Source: Trichoplax adhaerens (taxonomy: Eukaryota > Animalia > Placozoa). From it: DNA of 64,000 bases. The DNA lies in contig NW_002060959.1 in the NCBI RefSeq assembly GCF_000150275.1, positions 246,371-310,370 of the forward strand, in the 5' to 3' direction. Below, piece after piece: positions 38,046 through 49,521 of this stretch. The stretch's first letter is position 1, and each line of letters begins with the position of its first letter. The translations under genes and the position numbers were made by a program. Under the pieces are notes generated by a model. That model did not search any database. It had not been told where the DNA came from and saw nothing but the letters and a program-made list of their open reading frames with translations.

Positions 38046-40423
38046 CTGTAGTACAGCCACCACATATAGCTTAGATTACGATTCAAAATTGTACGAGTAT
38101 AGGCTAAACTGTACGCTAGGTAATAAGACTGCATAAGTGTCTAATTGTGGAAGATGTTTACACTACGTATTGTAGTAATTGTATTGAAATGCTTATATTA
38201 AAAATCGCAGGTAATAATAGATAGCATTAATTATGTTAGTACAGTGAGATTTGTATTGTGCCGCTTCTGTCCTTGGTAGTTAGACGAACCTAACTTCTGT
38301 AATAAAGTGAAATCTGCAAGAAACTGTAGTTCTTGATTTATTGTTTTGAAGATCACTTTATCACAACGGTTAGCGAGTAGTTCATGTAAATGGCCGCAAA
38401 GCATCTAAAGATTAATCCGATGACTTAGTACAATACAGGAAATCATTATAAGTAAGCCTAAAATTAAATTCTCATCTTTTATGCAAGAATGAACTGCCGC
38501 ATAGGTTACTTGAATTTATTGCTTCTGTATTGATCGATGCTTTCGTAGTAAATTGTAAATTTGCTTGGTTAATATTCAAATCACTATACCCAAATAAATT
38601 ATAATATTATATGTTAAAAGTCCAAAGTAGCTATTAATAGCTTTCTTTAAAAAATATTACTGTTACGTCACTGTTTTTCATATGTTTAGTAATATTAAAA
38701 TAGCAAAGACAGCATTACAATTTAAGGGCTTATAAATTCATTATCAATCTTAAACTCCTACTGTGAATACACCGAGACAGGCTATCGTTACAATCTTCTT
38801 GCTTGGAAAATATCTTCTCTAGAAATTATATTATTCTTTTTCTAAATATCATTATGCAATGAAGGTCAACTTCTATAATTCTCCTCCAATATTTATATTG
38901 TAATAGCAGTTGAAGCTTTTAAAATTTAACTAATTTAGTGCGATTTCAGAAAATTTTACTTAGTATCATAATGCCGTGCGTTGTAAGCCAGATGACTTCA
39001 TGGAGGGAGGAGTAGAATTTAATATGAATAATACGAAATAGTATAAATTGTTAAGAGTTGTGCTTTGTAAGATTGTGATTTAAGCGATAAATTTAGTTAA
39101 GATAATACACTTGCTCTAATGTTGATAAAACTGCTTGCTAAATTTAATCATAAAATACTGTAAATCTTAATTAGGCTATATTATGTTGTAATAGAACATA
39201 GGATCAATCCAAACGTTTTGATCTGGATTCTTATTCAATTAAGATCGCCGGTCTGTCTTAGTGTTTTCTTATTGCTACATGACTACACTGTTGTCACAAA
39301 TTAATTCTTGTGATCAGATGCTACTAATCTCGTAGATTACTTATATGCTCCGACGATGAAGTGCAACATTGGAAGACCAATTAGTATTACACAAGTACAA
39401 AGCCATTTTAAGCCGAAATAGTATGCAACAGAATATTAAGAGCTTGAAACGCAATTTGGCTGCTCGTCCTTTAGAAGCTAGCTACAAACCTGCGGTCCGT
39501 ATTAGCGAATTTTACCTTACGCAATATTATATATGTTCAGTAAACTCAACCAACAAATTAGATAACGGAAATCCAGGGTTAGTAGAGCCTAAATGAACTA
39601 TCTAACAACAAGCGAATTTCTTGTTAACGACATCATGGCTAAACGGAGAGTAGAAGATGACAATTATGCCATCTCTAGAATTAGTATTAAGAGTAGATGG
39701 TATTCGTCGATTTTAAAATGGCCAAAGAAATATTAAAAATGAATTTTAAACTCTAAACTTCTAGAACTACAGTAGAAAATATGCTAAATGCCATATAGAA
39801 TTTTTTGTGTTCAGCAATAGATTTTAAACGCTTTTGGCTCAAACACCCGACTACCCTGTATCTCGTGACTAGCTTAGAATAATTCAGAGATAAATTGATA
39901 GACTAATATTACCAACCGTCCTGTGTAAAATATAAAAGGTGGTATTATTCAGGAACTGAATAGTTTAAGATAGAGAGATAAAAAGATAAAAGTTGCAATA
40001 ATCCTAAAAATCATGAACAATGTCATTTTTAGATAGTTTGGCTTTAAAGTAGTAGTTCTACGCTTTGATAGTCCTTTTTTAGTGATTTTATACGGTTGCT
40101 GTTAATAGCTAACATAAACTAGTATTTCTCCTAAACTTAAGTTGAGCTAAAATTTGAAGCTGTCAGTTTTAATAACTTTTTTACGTTTATTATCAATTAT
40201 CAATATATTTCAAAAATCATCATAAAACGGTACGACTCGGATAACGACATTTATTTCTACCAACATCTTACTTCATCAGAGCAATTTTTAAAATTAGAAG
40301 TCCTAAGAATAATAACCACAAAAAAATACTTGTATTTGCCTGATTAAAAGTGTACAAGCGTAATCTTTACTACAAAAATCGGGTAATGGAATAATTAAAG
40401 AATTATATACGTATAAAATACAA

Positions 40424-42040
40424 CTATCCAATATCAGAGTTAGATGTATCGGGTAGAAATAAAGCTGCAATTACGGCTATTAGACCTAGTGAGGTAAACA
40501 ATATAAGTGTAGCTATGCAATTACTATAATAAAGTGCACTAAATTCTATTATACCTGCTATAGCTGCAGTATGCCCTATTACAAATAAAATACCAGTAAC
40601 AGTTGTTCTGAATTCAGTAGGAAATAATTCTGTACTCCAAATTTTACATGGTATCCATGTATTAATTGTAAACGCTGTAAAGATACTTGCTACGATCATG
40701 ACACTAAGCCTATTATCCAGTAAGAGAATCATTAAGATACAAATAACACAGGTGAATGCTAAGCAAATAAATAATCTTTTACGACCAATACGATTAATGA
40801 ATAAAAAGCATAAAATTAAAATTGGTAATGACAACAGATTGCCAATAAAGATATCTAATATAATTGCCTTTAAGCTATCACCAGTTTGACAATCAGAATT
40901 GATGCTATGTAATAGACTTGTGGTATTCCATGATACATTTTCTGTCTTATTATGATTATGCCAACACGTTTTACCACTCGCATAAAATGACATTACAGTC
41001 GGTAGCCACATAGTAAATACTTGATCGGAGGTACAATATCCGAGCCATATTATAGATAATAATATAAATCGTCGGCGATTTGGTTCTTTCATCATTTCTC
41101 GAATATCATCCATAAAATTTCTGTTCTTTTCTTTTCTAATATTGCTATCGATATCATTTTCTTGTAAATCAAGAAGATGGGATAGTTTAGAATATGATAC
41201 TTTTTCATACGATTTGGATGTGTTGGTAAAACACGAATTGATTTTATTTATTCTGCGTAATACATCTCGAAGACCTTTCTTGTCGTTCTTAGCTAAAACA
41301 AATCGTAAACTATTAGGCATAAATAAGAGAATACAGAAACTTATCAAAGCTGGTATAGCACCTATGAGAACATAAAGTCGCCAACTCGTAAAGTTGATAG
41401 AACCTATAGCATAGTGAAATGGGTGGGGTAATAAAAGTAATGCTATGGCAGAGCAGTATAAATTTTCAAGTATAAGAAATGAAGATACAAATGCGCCAGC
41501 TTTACCTCTAGAACGTCGAGGAAAAAATTCTATAACATAAGTATGGGAAACTGTAGCAATGCCACCATAGGCAATGCCAATGAAACCATTCATAATAACA
41601 AGCATGATATAATTATAAGCAAATACACACGCTAACACACATACTAAATAAATTAGTAACGACATTATGAAGATTTTTCGTCTACCATAAGTATCAGCTA
41701 GTCTACCAAATATACCAGAACTGATTGTATAGCCGATATTAAAAGCCAAACTTAGCCAACCCTTGTTATTTCTGTTAATGTCTAAATCGCACGCCGAAAT
41801 GGTAATGAAGCTAATGGTTTGATAGCACACAGCATATCCGCCGAAGCCAAGTCCGGATCCTATCATGATCATATAATGAAAGAATCCAATATCCAAGGAA
41901 TCTACTATCTCATCTATATTGGATGCTAAATTATTAGAATCGCAGGAGAAATCTGTATCGGAAAACTCTTCATTTTGATTCATCCTAGTTGTACAATCAT
42001 CATCACCACTGTCTGAAAAAAGTTCCTTCTCAATAGCCAT
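40424..42040 (-). CDS. SV2-like MFS transporter, paralog 8
   Basis: 538 aa ORF with the family motifs. Confidence 0.92.
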   Translation of the reverse strand: MAIEKELFSDSGDDDCTTRMNQNEEFSDTDFSCDSNNLASNIDEIVDSLDIGFFHYMIMIGSGLGFGGYAVCYQTISFITISACDLDINRNNKGWLSLAFNIGYTISSGIFGRLADTYGRRKIFIMSLLIYLVCVLACVFAYNYIMLVIMNGFIGIAYGGIATVSHTYVIEFFPRRSRGKAGAFVSSFLILENLYCSAIALLLLPHPFHYAIGSINFTSWRLYVLIGAIPALISFCILLFMPNSLRFVLAKNDKKGLRDVLRRINKINSCFTNTSKSYEKVSYSKLSHLLDLQENDIDSNIRKEKNRNFMDDIREMMKEPNRRRFILLSIIWLGYCTSDQVFTMWLPTVMSFYASGKTCWHNHNKTENVSWNTTSLLHSINSDCQTGDSLKAIILDIFIGNLLSLPILILCFLFINRIGRKRLFICLAFTCVICILMILLLDNRLSVMIVASIFTAFTINTWIPCKIWSTELFPTEFRTTVTGILFVIGHTAAIAGIIEFSALYYSNCIATLILFTSLGLIAVIAALFLPDTSNSDIG

Positions 42041-43804
42041 TATTAAAGCTAATGGAAAACAAAATTTTTCACCGCACTTTTTACAGAATAACCAATCTTG
42101 TGGCCAAATTATCTCTTTCGCTTGAATGAATCTTTCAAAATGTAAGCTTCAAGATAGAAAATTTGACAATTTGACCCATTTACTTCAAAAATAAGATTGT
42201 TGTGTGTGAAATCGCCACACATTATTTAAGACAATATGTCTTACACGTTACAATCAATTGGAATCTATTCATTGTTTACGCCAGTTTTCGCCCAAATAAA
42301 ATTATTAATTAGGCTAGTAAACCTTTACGGTGCTTACGTAATGTATTCCTATGAGAATTCCATCCAGCCAGTAAGGTTACAGTAATAAGAAACAACGTAA
42401 CTGGGAGTTGATTAGAAATGATGCTTATTTTATTTATTAATGCATTTTTCTCAATCATATTAGCTACATTTATGTGACTATAAGCATATTTAAGTATCAA
42501 AACTAGCAATAGTGTACAACATGTTCGAAATCGCAGTAGTACTGATTAGATTTGAATAAATTTTTTACTGCCTGAGCATAGTTAAATTATTGTATTATAT
42601 AGCTTCCTTTCGTCTACCTATTATATTAGACGGGGAAAGTTAGAAGTAATAAGCACGAAATGTTCGAAATGCCACAAAACTTATTCTACTATAGCGATAT
42701 AATAGCGTTCATCGACTTTTAATGATGTCGTATGGGAGCCGTCACTCTGCAAATACTTCGAGAGTCTAGAGAAAGAGCTAACTTTTATGACAGTTTAACG
42801 TAGTACAAATTTGACTTTTTAAAATTAATGAGACTTAAATTGTGCACTCTACGCTGCTTAAAAAAAGTTAATTTATTATTACTGCAACGTAAGATAAGTA
42901 TTAACACTAAAATTTATAGCGTACTAAAATAATATTACATTTATATGACGTGCTGCGAGCAGAAATTCCACTTGGAAATCTTAAATTAAGGGTAAATACA
43001 TACTATGTGCATAATATGTGTTACAGACAAGTTATTAACTCTATTCATTTATTTGCTGTTTGGTTAAGTTATAACTCGCCCGCTCTCAATGACGAGTTAT
43101 AAACTGATCATTCAACTATTAATTGGCGTATCATCAAGACGGTTTATAAAGTGTGGCCCATACATTCCATCGATTGTAAACTGCAAAAGCGATTATTGCA
43201 GCTTTATTAACTGATTGCGAGTATTACCAAACAAATCCAATCATTTATAGACTGACTCTTACAATTAAATATTAGTTATATATTGACCCTCACAATCAGA
43301 TGTCAATTATTTAATTCTAAACTGACAGGACGAGTTAAAGATTAATCCTTAACAATCATATGCCATTTTATATATTTATTCAAGCCAGCACTATTACAGT
43401 GATCAATGACTACGTCTTCCAACTTACTCTTCGATTATTCATAGAGTAATGGATGATAGAATGCGTCACCTGTAGTATAATCCTTGCTACTGAAATTATA
43501 TATTCCTGTTGACTAATTACATATAAGAGCATGATAAAAGTGTCTTCTCAAAAATAAAACAATAACTGCAATTTCTTGTAAACTGCACTTTAGATAGGCA
43601 AAGTTTTGACTATTTCACTTTATTACATAAGATAGCTTCCTCTAACAACTTCCAAGTACTATCTATAGACTATTTCTGGGCTTTCTCCAACAAATTGATA
43701 CCGTATTTATGCAATCTTAGAATTTCACACACAATTTATTTATTTTCGTACAATCTGAACATACTTAGTCTTCAATATATTTGAGACTGTATCATAATGA
43801 GTAA

Positions 43805-45418
43805 TTATCGAATATCAGAGTTAGATGTATCGGGTAGAAATAATGCCGCAATTATACTTAGTAGACCTAAAGAAGCGAATATTGTATATGTAGCGATACA
43901 ATTTATATAATACAGTTTCGCGAATAATATTAAGCCTACTATAAGTCCTGAATATCCTATTACGAATAAAATACCGACAACAGTCGATCTGAATTCAGTC
44001 CGAAATAGTTCTGTAGTCCAAATTTTACAAGGTATCCATGCATTAGTAGTTATCGCTGTAAAAATACATGCTATTATCATGACACTTAGCCTATTATCTA
44101 ATAACAGTATCATTAATATACAAAATCCGCTAATAGATGCCAAGATAATATATAATACTTTTCGACCTACTCGATTAATAAGTAGAAAACAAAAAATTGT
44201 AACTGGTAATGAAAATAGATTGCCTATAAGAATATCTAATATAATAGCCTTTAAGCTATCGCCACTTTTACAATCAGAATTGACACCATTGTATAGATGT
44301 GTAGTATTCCATGGTATATTTTCTGTCTTATTATAACCATGCCAACAAGTTTTACCACCCTCATAACTAGCCATCACTGTCGGTAACCATATGGTGAATC
44401 CATGATCGGCGATAGAATATCCGATCCATACTATAGATAATAATATAAATCGTCGACGCCAAGGTTGTTTCATTAATTCTCTAATATCATCCGCGAAATT
44501 TCTACGCTCTTCTTTTCTAATCTTACTATGGATGTCATTTTGTTGTAAATCAAGAGTCGTTATTTTAGAATATAATACTTTATCATGCGAAGTACGACTA
44601 GTACTAAAACACGAATTGATTTGATCAATTTTATTTAATACATCTCGAAAAGCTTTTTTGTCGTTCTTCGCTAATACAAATCTTATACTATTAGGCATAA
44701 ATAAAAGTGTACAAAAACTTAATAACGCTGGAATAGCGCTTATGAGAATATAAAGTCGCCAACTTGTAAAGTAGATAGAGCCTATAGCATAGTAAAATGG
44801 GTAAGGTAATAAAGGTAACGCTATGGCTGAGTTGTATAAATTTTCAAGTGTTAGAAAGGAAGACAAAACTGCACCAGCTCTACCTCTAGAACGTCGAGGA
44901 AAAAATTCTAAAACATAAGAATGAGCAGCTGTAGCAATGCCGCCATAGGCGCAACCATTGAAACCGGTCATGATAACAAGCATGGCATAATTATATGCGA
45001 ATGCACACGCTAGCATGCATATTAAATTAATGAATAACGATATTACGAACATTTTTCGTCTACCATAAGTATCAGTTAACCTACCAGATATACCAGAGCC
45101 AATAACGGAACCGATTATAAAAGCTAAACTCAACCAATGCTTGTTACTTCTGTTAATGTCTAAATCGCATGCCGCAACGACAATGAAACTGATTGTTTGA
45201 TAAAATAAGGTACATCCACCGAAGCCAAGTCCGGACGCTATCGTGATTATATAATGAAATAATCCAATATCGATAGAATCTACAATATCATCTATATGAG
45301 TTGTTAAATCATTAGAATCGCTAGAGTAATCTGTATCCGAAGGCTGCTGCTTTTCATTGATTAAAGCTGTTTTATCGTCAACATCACTATCTGTTTGGAC
45401 TTGCTTCTCGATCTCCAT
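43805..45418 (-). CDS. SV2-like MFS transporter, paralog 9
   Basis: 537 aa ORF with the family motifs. Confidence 0.92.
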   Translation of the reverse strand: MEIEKQVQTDSDVDDKTALINEKQQPSDTDYSSDSNDLTTHIDDIVDSIDIGLFHYIITIASGLGFGGCTLFYQTISFIVVAACDLDINRSNKHWLSLAFIIGSVIGSGISGRLTDTYGRRKMFVISLFINLICMLACAFAYNYAMLVIMTGFNGCAYGGIATAAHSYVLEFFPRRSRGRAGAVLSSFLTLENLYNSAIALPLLPYPFYYAIGSIYFTSWRLYILISAIPALLSFCTLLFMPNSIRFVLAKNDKKAFRDVLNKIDQINSCFSTSRTSHDKVLYSKITTLDLQQNDIHSKIRKEERRNFADDIRELMKQPWRRRFILLSIVWIGYSIADHGFTIWLPTVMASYEGGKTCWHGYNKTENIPWNTTHLYNGVNSDCKSGDSLKAIILDILIGNLFSLPVTIFCFLLINRVGRKVLYIILASISGFCILMILLLDNRLSVMIIACIFTAITTNAWIPCKIWTTELFRTEFRSTVVGILFVIGYSGLIVGLILFAKLYYINCIATYTIFASLGLLSIIAALFLPDTSNSDIR

Positions 45419-48108
45419 GGCCGTATTTAAGTTGCTTGAAAAAAGATTTCACTAAACTTTAATAGAATATATCAATCTCGTTGCCAAATGATGATTCTGC
45501 TTAAATTAGCGCTTTAAAACTGATGTTTAAAGATAGAAGATTTCAAGCTTTGACCGACTTTAAAAAAATTGAACAGTGAGCGACGTAAAACTCTCAACGT
45601 TATTTGAAGTGATATATAAAATCATAAAAATTTAGAATTTATTCCGTGCTTAAACAAGTTCGTAGCCTGTATAAAAGTAAATTATTTATTAATTAATAAG
45701 CTTTTCGTGGACAACCGAGTAAAAGTATCATGTATAGTCTTCGTCATGAAAAGGAAGCATTACAGTATGTGATAATGTATTGTTTCTTCCATTACTCTAT
45801 GAATGACCAATAAACAAGTGGAAGGATATTGTAGCATCGTTGTTAGCTGGATAAAATTCTCACAGGAATACGAAAGAGAAATCATCAAAGCTTAACTTTG
45901 ATCAATTGTCATTGCTAATGGATGCTCTATTGTTACTTTTGGTCCCTAAAGATGGCTTCTTAATATTAAGTACAAATCGTTGTAGATTACTTTCAGTGAA
46001 TAGGTAAGCATTCTGATCCCATCAGATTACGGCTTCCTACTACTAGTAGCGGCAATTTCAGAAGTATTTTTTTGTATCCTATTTTCAGCCACCCGTTCTG
46101 AGAGATAACAGAATTATTCTGTTAACCACATCGATCAATGCTTTAATCTGTGGATTAATGTAATAGTCATTGTTATTATACTATACTCTTAGTGTCATGG
46201 TGCAGCTACAAGTTGATCCTATCTTATAGTCGGTTCTATTCCTAAAAACGGGCTGTAAGCGATCACATAATGCAATCGTTTCTGCTAGTAGTATACACTT
46301 GCAAACATTTATATCATTTTATTACCAGAAAGTCTTGAAGATATTTTACATAATAATTTTTAAATTTAAAAATGTGATTTACCTATTCTAAAATAGTACC
46401 GAATGATCAAATTAATATCAGTATCATATGTATATATAAAATGATCGAGGACTAGAGTAACAATATTTTAGATAAAATATGTAATGTAAGACTGCCAAAA
46501 TAGGTCATATAGGATAAATCAGTCAATCAAATAATATCATTTTAATAAGATCGACTAGACCTTATTTTGCTTTACTGATACAACTCATAATAAAGTTAAT
46601 TTAACTCAAAAGAGATTAAAGTCTGCTTTATTACAGTTTATAAAACTACTAAGCCCGTAATATAAGATAGTCTAAAAGAAGTAAATAGTACAACAAGTGA
46701 ACCTCTTTCTAATTTTTATCCAAGTTTCTATCTAATAAATAGCTTTCTTATATATGATCGATATTTGCATCGAACTACTCACCACAATCATGTACGGTAC
46801 GGTAGTTTAAAGCAAATTATTGGAATCTCTTTTACGCCACCGCTGTCAATAAGCTCTTAATAGGTCTCTGTTTAAGGCCAATTTTAATTAAATAATAATG
46901 TAAATTTATTCAACAAATGAGGGCACAGAAAATACACATAAATAACTTGATAGCGTTGTAAAGAGAAACTTTAATTGAGTGTAAATCCGCAAATCTTTTC
47001 ATTTTCACTCTATTTCTTTCATATTTTAAAATAGAAAAACACTGATCCATAGCATGCAAATAGGGAGGGGGGGGGGGTAGACCAATTTCGACGTAGGTTA
47101 ACTAATGAGAGGTAGTGTGCTAGCTGACGTTATCAAGTTGGAATTTTAGATCAGAATTGAAGGTTTGATATTAAAGTATATCAGACGGCGGCAGTAATGC
47201 GGTAGATCAACAGAGCAGATAAGCATTGAGAAGTTGATCAGCGTAGAAATTAACAGTAGTATCTGATATTTAATTGTGTTAGCATACCGAACACTGATCA
47301 GGGTATGCTATTTCTAATGCAGGATTTCACATCTGTAATTAACGATAACGAGTTTATGCTTAAAAATATAGAACTGAAGATAATGCTATGTATTTTATAG
47401 TATGTAAATCTAATATATAAATATAAAGTCTATATCCGATCAATTGTATACTGTTTATGTAAATACTAGTTAGTACAGTACCGGTAGATGATGCAGATGT
47501 AACGCATGCAACGTACCTGGAAAATGATCGTCTCAGACTCTTAGCATGTAAAGCTAATACATAAATATAAATACAATATTATGCGTTCGTTAATAAAAAG
47601 GGTAAATTACGAATGGAAATTCGTACGAGCTTAATAAACTTAAAGGATGTAAGAATTTTATTCAGAATCTGCGAGGAGCGTACATCACAGACTCGATGTA
47701 CTCGACAACCTGAGCTCTTTCTACATCCTTCGATTGAAGAACACAAATTAAAGACATTATTATCCTTTCTATATCTCGTACATCCTATGTGCTGTGCCAC
47801 CTCACGACATTACACAAATAATAAAGCCAGTGCACTTAGTACTCTTAAGAAATCACATATCAACAATAGCAACATTTAAAATATTAAAAATCCAAAATAG
47901 TCATGTATAGCTTTAATTAGAATTCACCGTTGTTTGTAGTATGCTTTATAAGACTAAATGACAACGATAGTAGCATAGATTTAGACATTTAAATTTATTA
48001 CCAATCTTAAATTGATATTATTCATATAACACAGAGATAATTATGAATTCGTCATTCCCTTACAATCATTGCTATCGAAAAGCGAGTAATCGAATTATTC
48101 AGTAATTA

Positions 48109-48140
48109 CTAGTGCAAACTCCCGTCGCTTTGCTGACGGT
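48109..48140 (-). mobile_element. Helitron-like 3' terminus
   Basis: The minus strand reads CCGTC-AGCAAAGC-GACGG (hairpin, 48139-48122), then 9 nt, then CTAG (48112-48109) followed by T. This is the canonical Helitron end geometry. Confidence 0.65.
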
Positions 48141-49521
48141 TTAAAGAAGCGAATATTGTATATGTAGCGATACAATTTATATAATACAGTTTCGCGAATA
48201 ATATTAAGCCTACTATAAGTCCTGAATATCCTATTACGAATAAAATACCGACAACAGTCGATCTAAATTTAGTATGGAATAACTCTGTAGTCCAAATTTT
48301 ACAAGGTATCCATGCATTAGTAGTTATCGCTGTAAAAATACATGCTAATATCATGACACTTAGCCTATTATCTAATAACAGTATCATTAAAATACAAAAT
48401 CCGCTAATAGATGCCAAGATAATATATAATACTTTTCGACCTACTCGATTAATAAGTAGAAAGCAAAAAATTGTAACTGGTAATGAAAATAGATTGCCTA
48501 TAAGAATATCTAATATAATAGCCTTTAAGCTATCGCCGCTTTTACAATCAGAATTGACACCATTGTATAGATGTGTAGTATTCCATGGTATATTTTCTGT
48601 CTTATTATAACCATGCCAACAAGTTTTACCACCCTCATAACTAGCCATCACCGTCGGTAACCATATGGTGAATCCATGATCGGCGATAGAATATCCGATC
48701 CATAATATAGATAATAATATAAATCGTCGACGCCAAGGTTGTTTCATTAATTCTCTAATATCATCCGCCAAATTTCTACGCTCTTCTTTTCTAATCTTAC
48801 TGTGGATGTCATTTTGTTGTAAATCAAGAGTCGTTATTTTAGAATATAATACTTTATCATGCGAAGTACGACTAGTACTAAAACACGAATTGATTTGATC
48901 AATTTTATTTAATACATCTCGAAAAGCTTTTTTGTCGTTCTTCGCTAATACAAATCTTATACTATTAGGCATAAATAAAAGTGTACAAAAACTTAATAAC
49001 GCTGGAATAGCGCTTATGAGAATATAAAGTCGCCAACTTGTAAAGTAGATAGAGCCTATAGCATAGTAAAATGGGTAAGGTAATAAAGGTAACGCTATGG
49101 CTGAGTTGTATAAATTTTCAAGTGTTAGAAAGGAAGACAAAACTGCACCAGCTCTACCTCTAGAACGTCGAGGAAAAAATTCTAAAACATAAGAATGAGC
49201 AGCTGTAGCAATGCCGCCATAGGCGCAACCATTGAAACCGGTCATGATAACAAGCATGACATAATTATATGCGAATGCACACGCTAGCATGCATATTAAA
49301 TTAATGAATAACGATATTACGAACATTTTTCGTCTACCATAAGTATCAGCTAGTCTACCAGATATACCAGAACTGATTGTGTAACCGATTATAAAAGCTA
49401 AACTCAACCAATGCTTGTTACTTCTGTTAATGTCTAAATCGCATGCCGCAACGACAATGAAATTGATTGTTCGATAAAATAAGGTTGAAAACCTCCAAAT
49501 TGACAGCAACTTTGCATTCAT
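48109..49521 (-). pseudogene. Doubly truncated near-identical copy of paralog 9 forming an open 470-aa chimeric ORF
   Basis: 48142-49485 is colinear without indels with 43868-45211. The ATG and first 12 codons, and the last about 10 codons, come from unrelated flanks. Confidence 0.8.

Noticed and set aside
4363-45418. Bacterial origin or operon for the intronless MFS genes
   Set aside because: The motifs are SV2-like with glycosylation sequons and dileucine signals, spacers are kilobases long, and the neighbouring gene is spliced.
4355-48610. Plus-strand ORFs overlapping the transporter genes (e.g. 4355-4855, 31609-31899, 44079-44336)
   Set aside because: Antisense shadows of hydrophobic codons; they recur only because the sense genes are paralogous.
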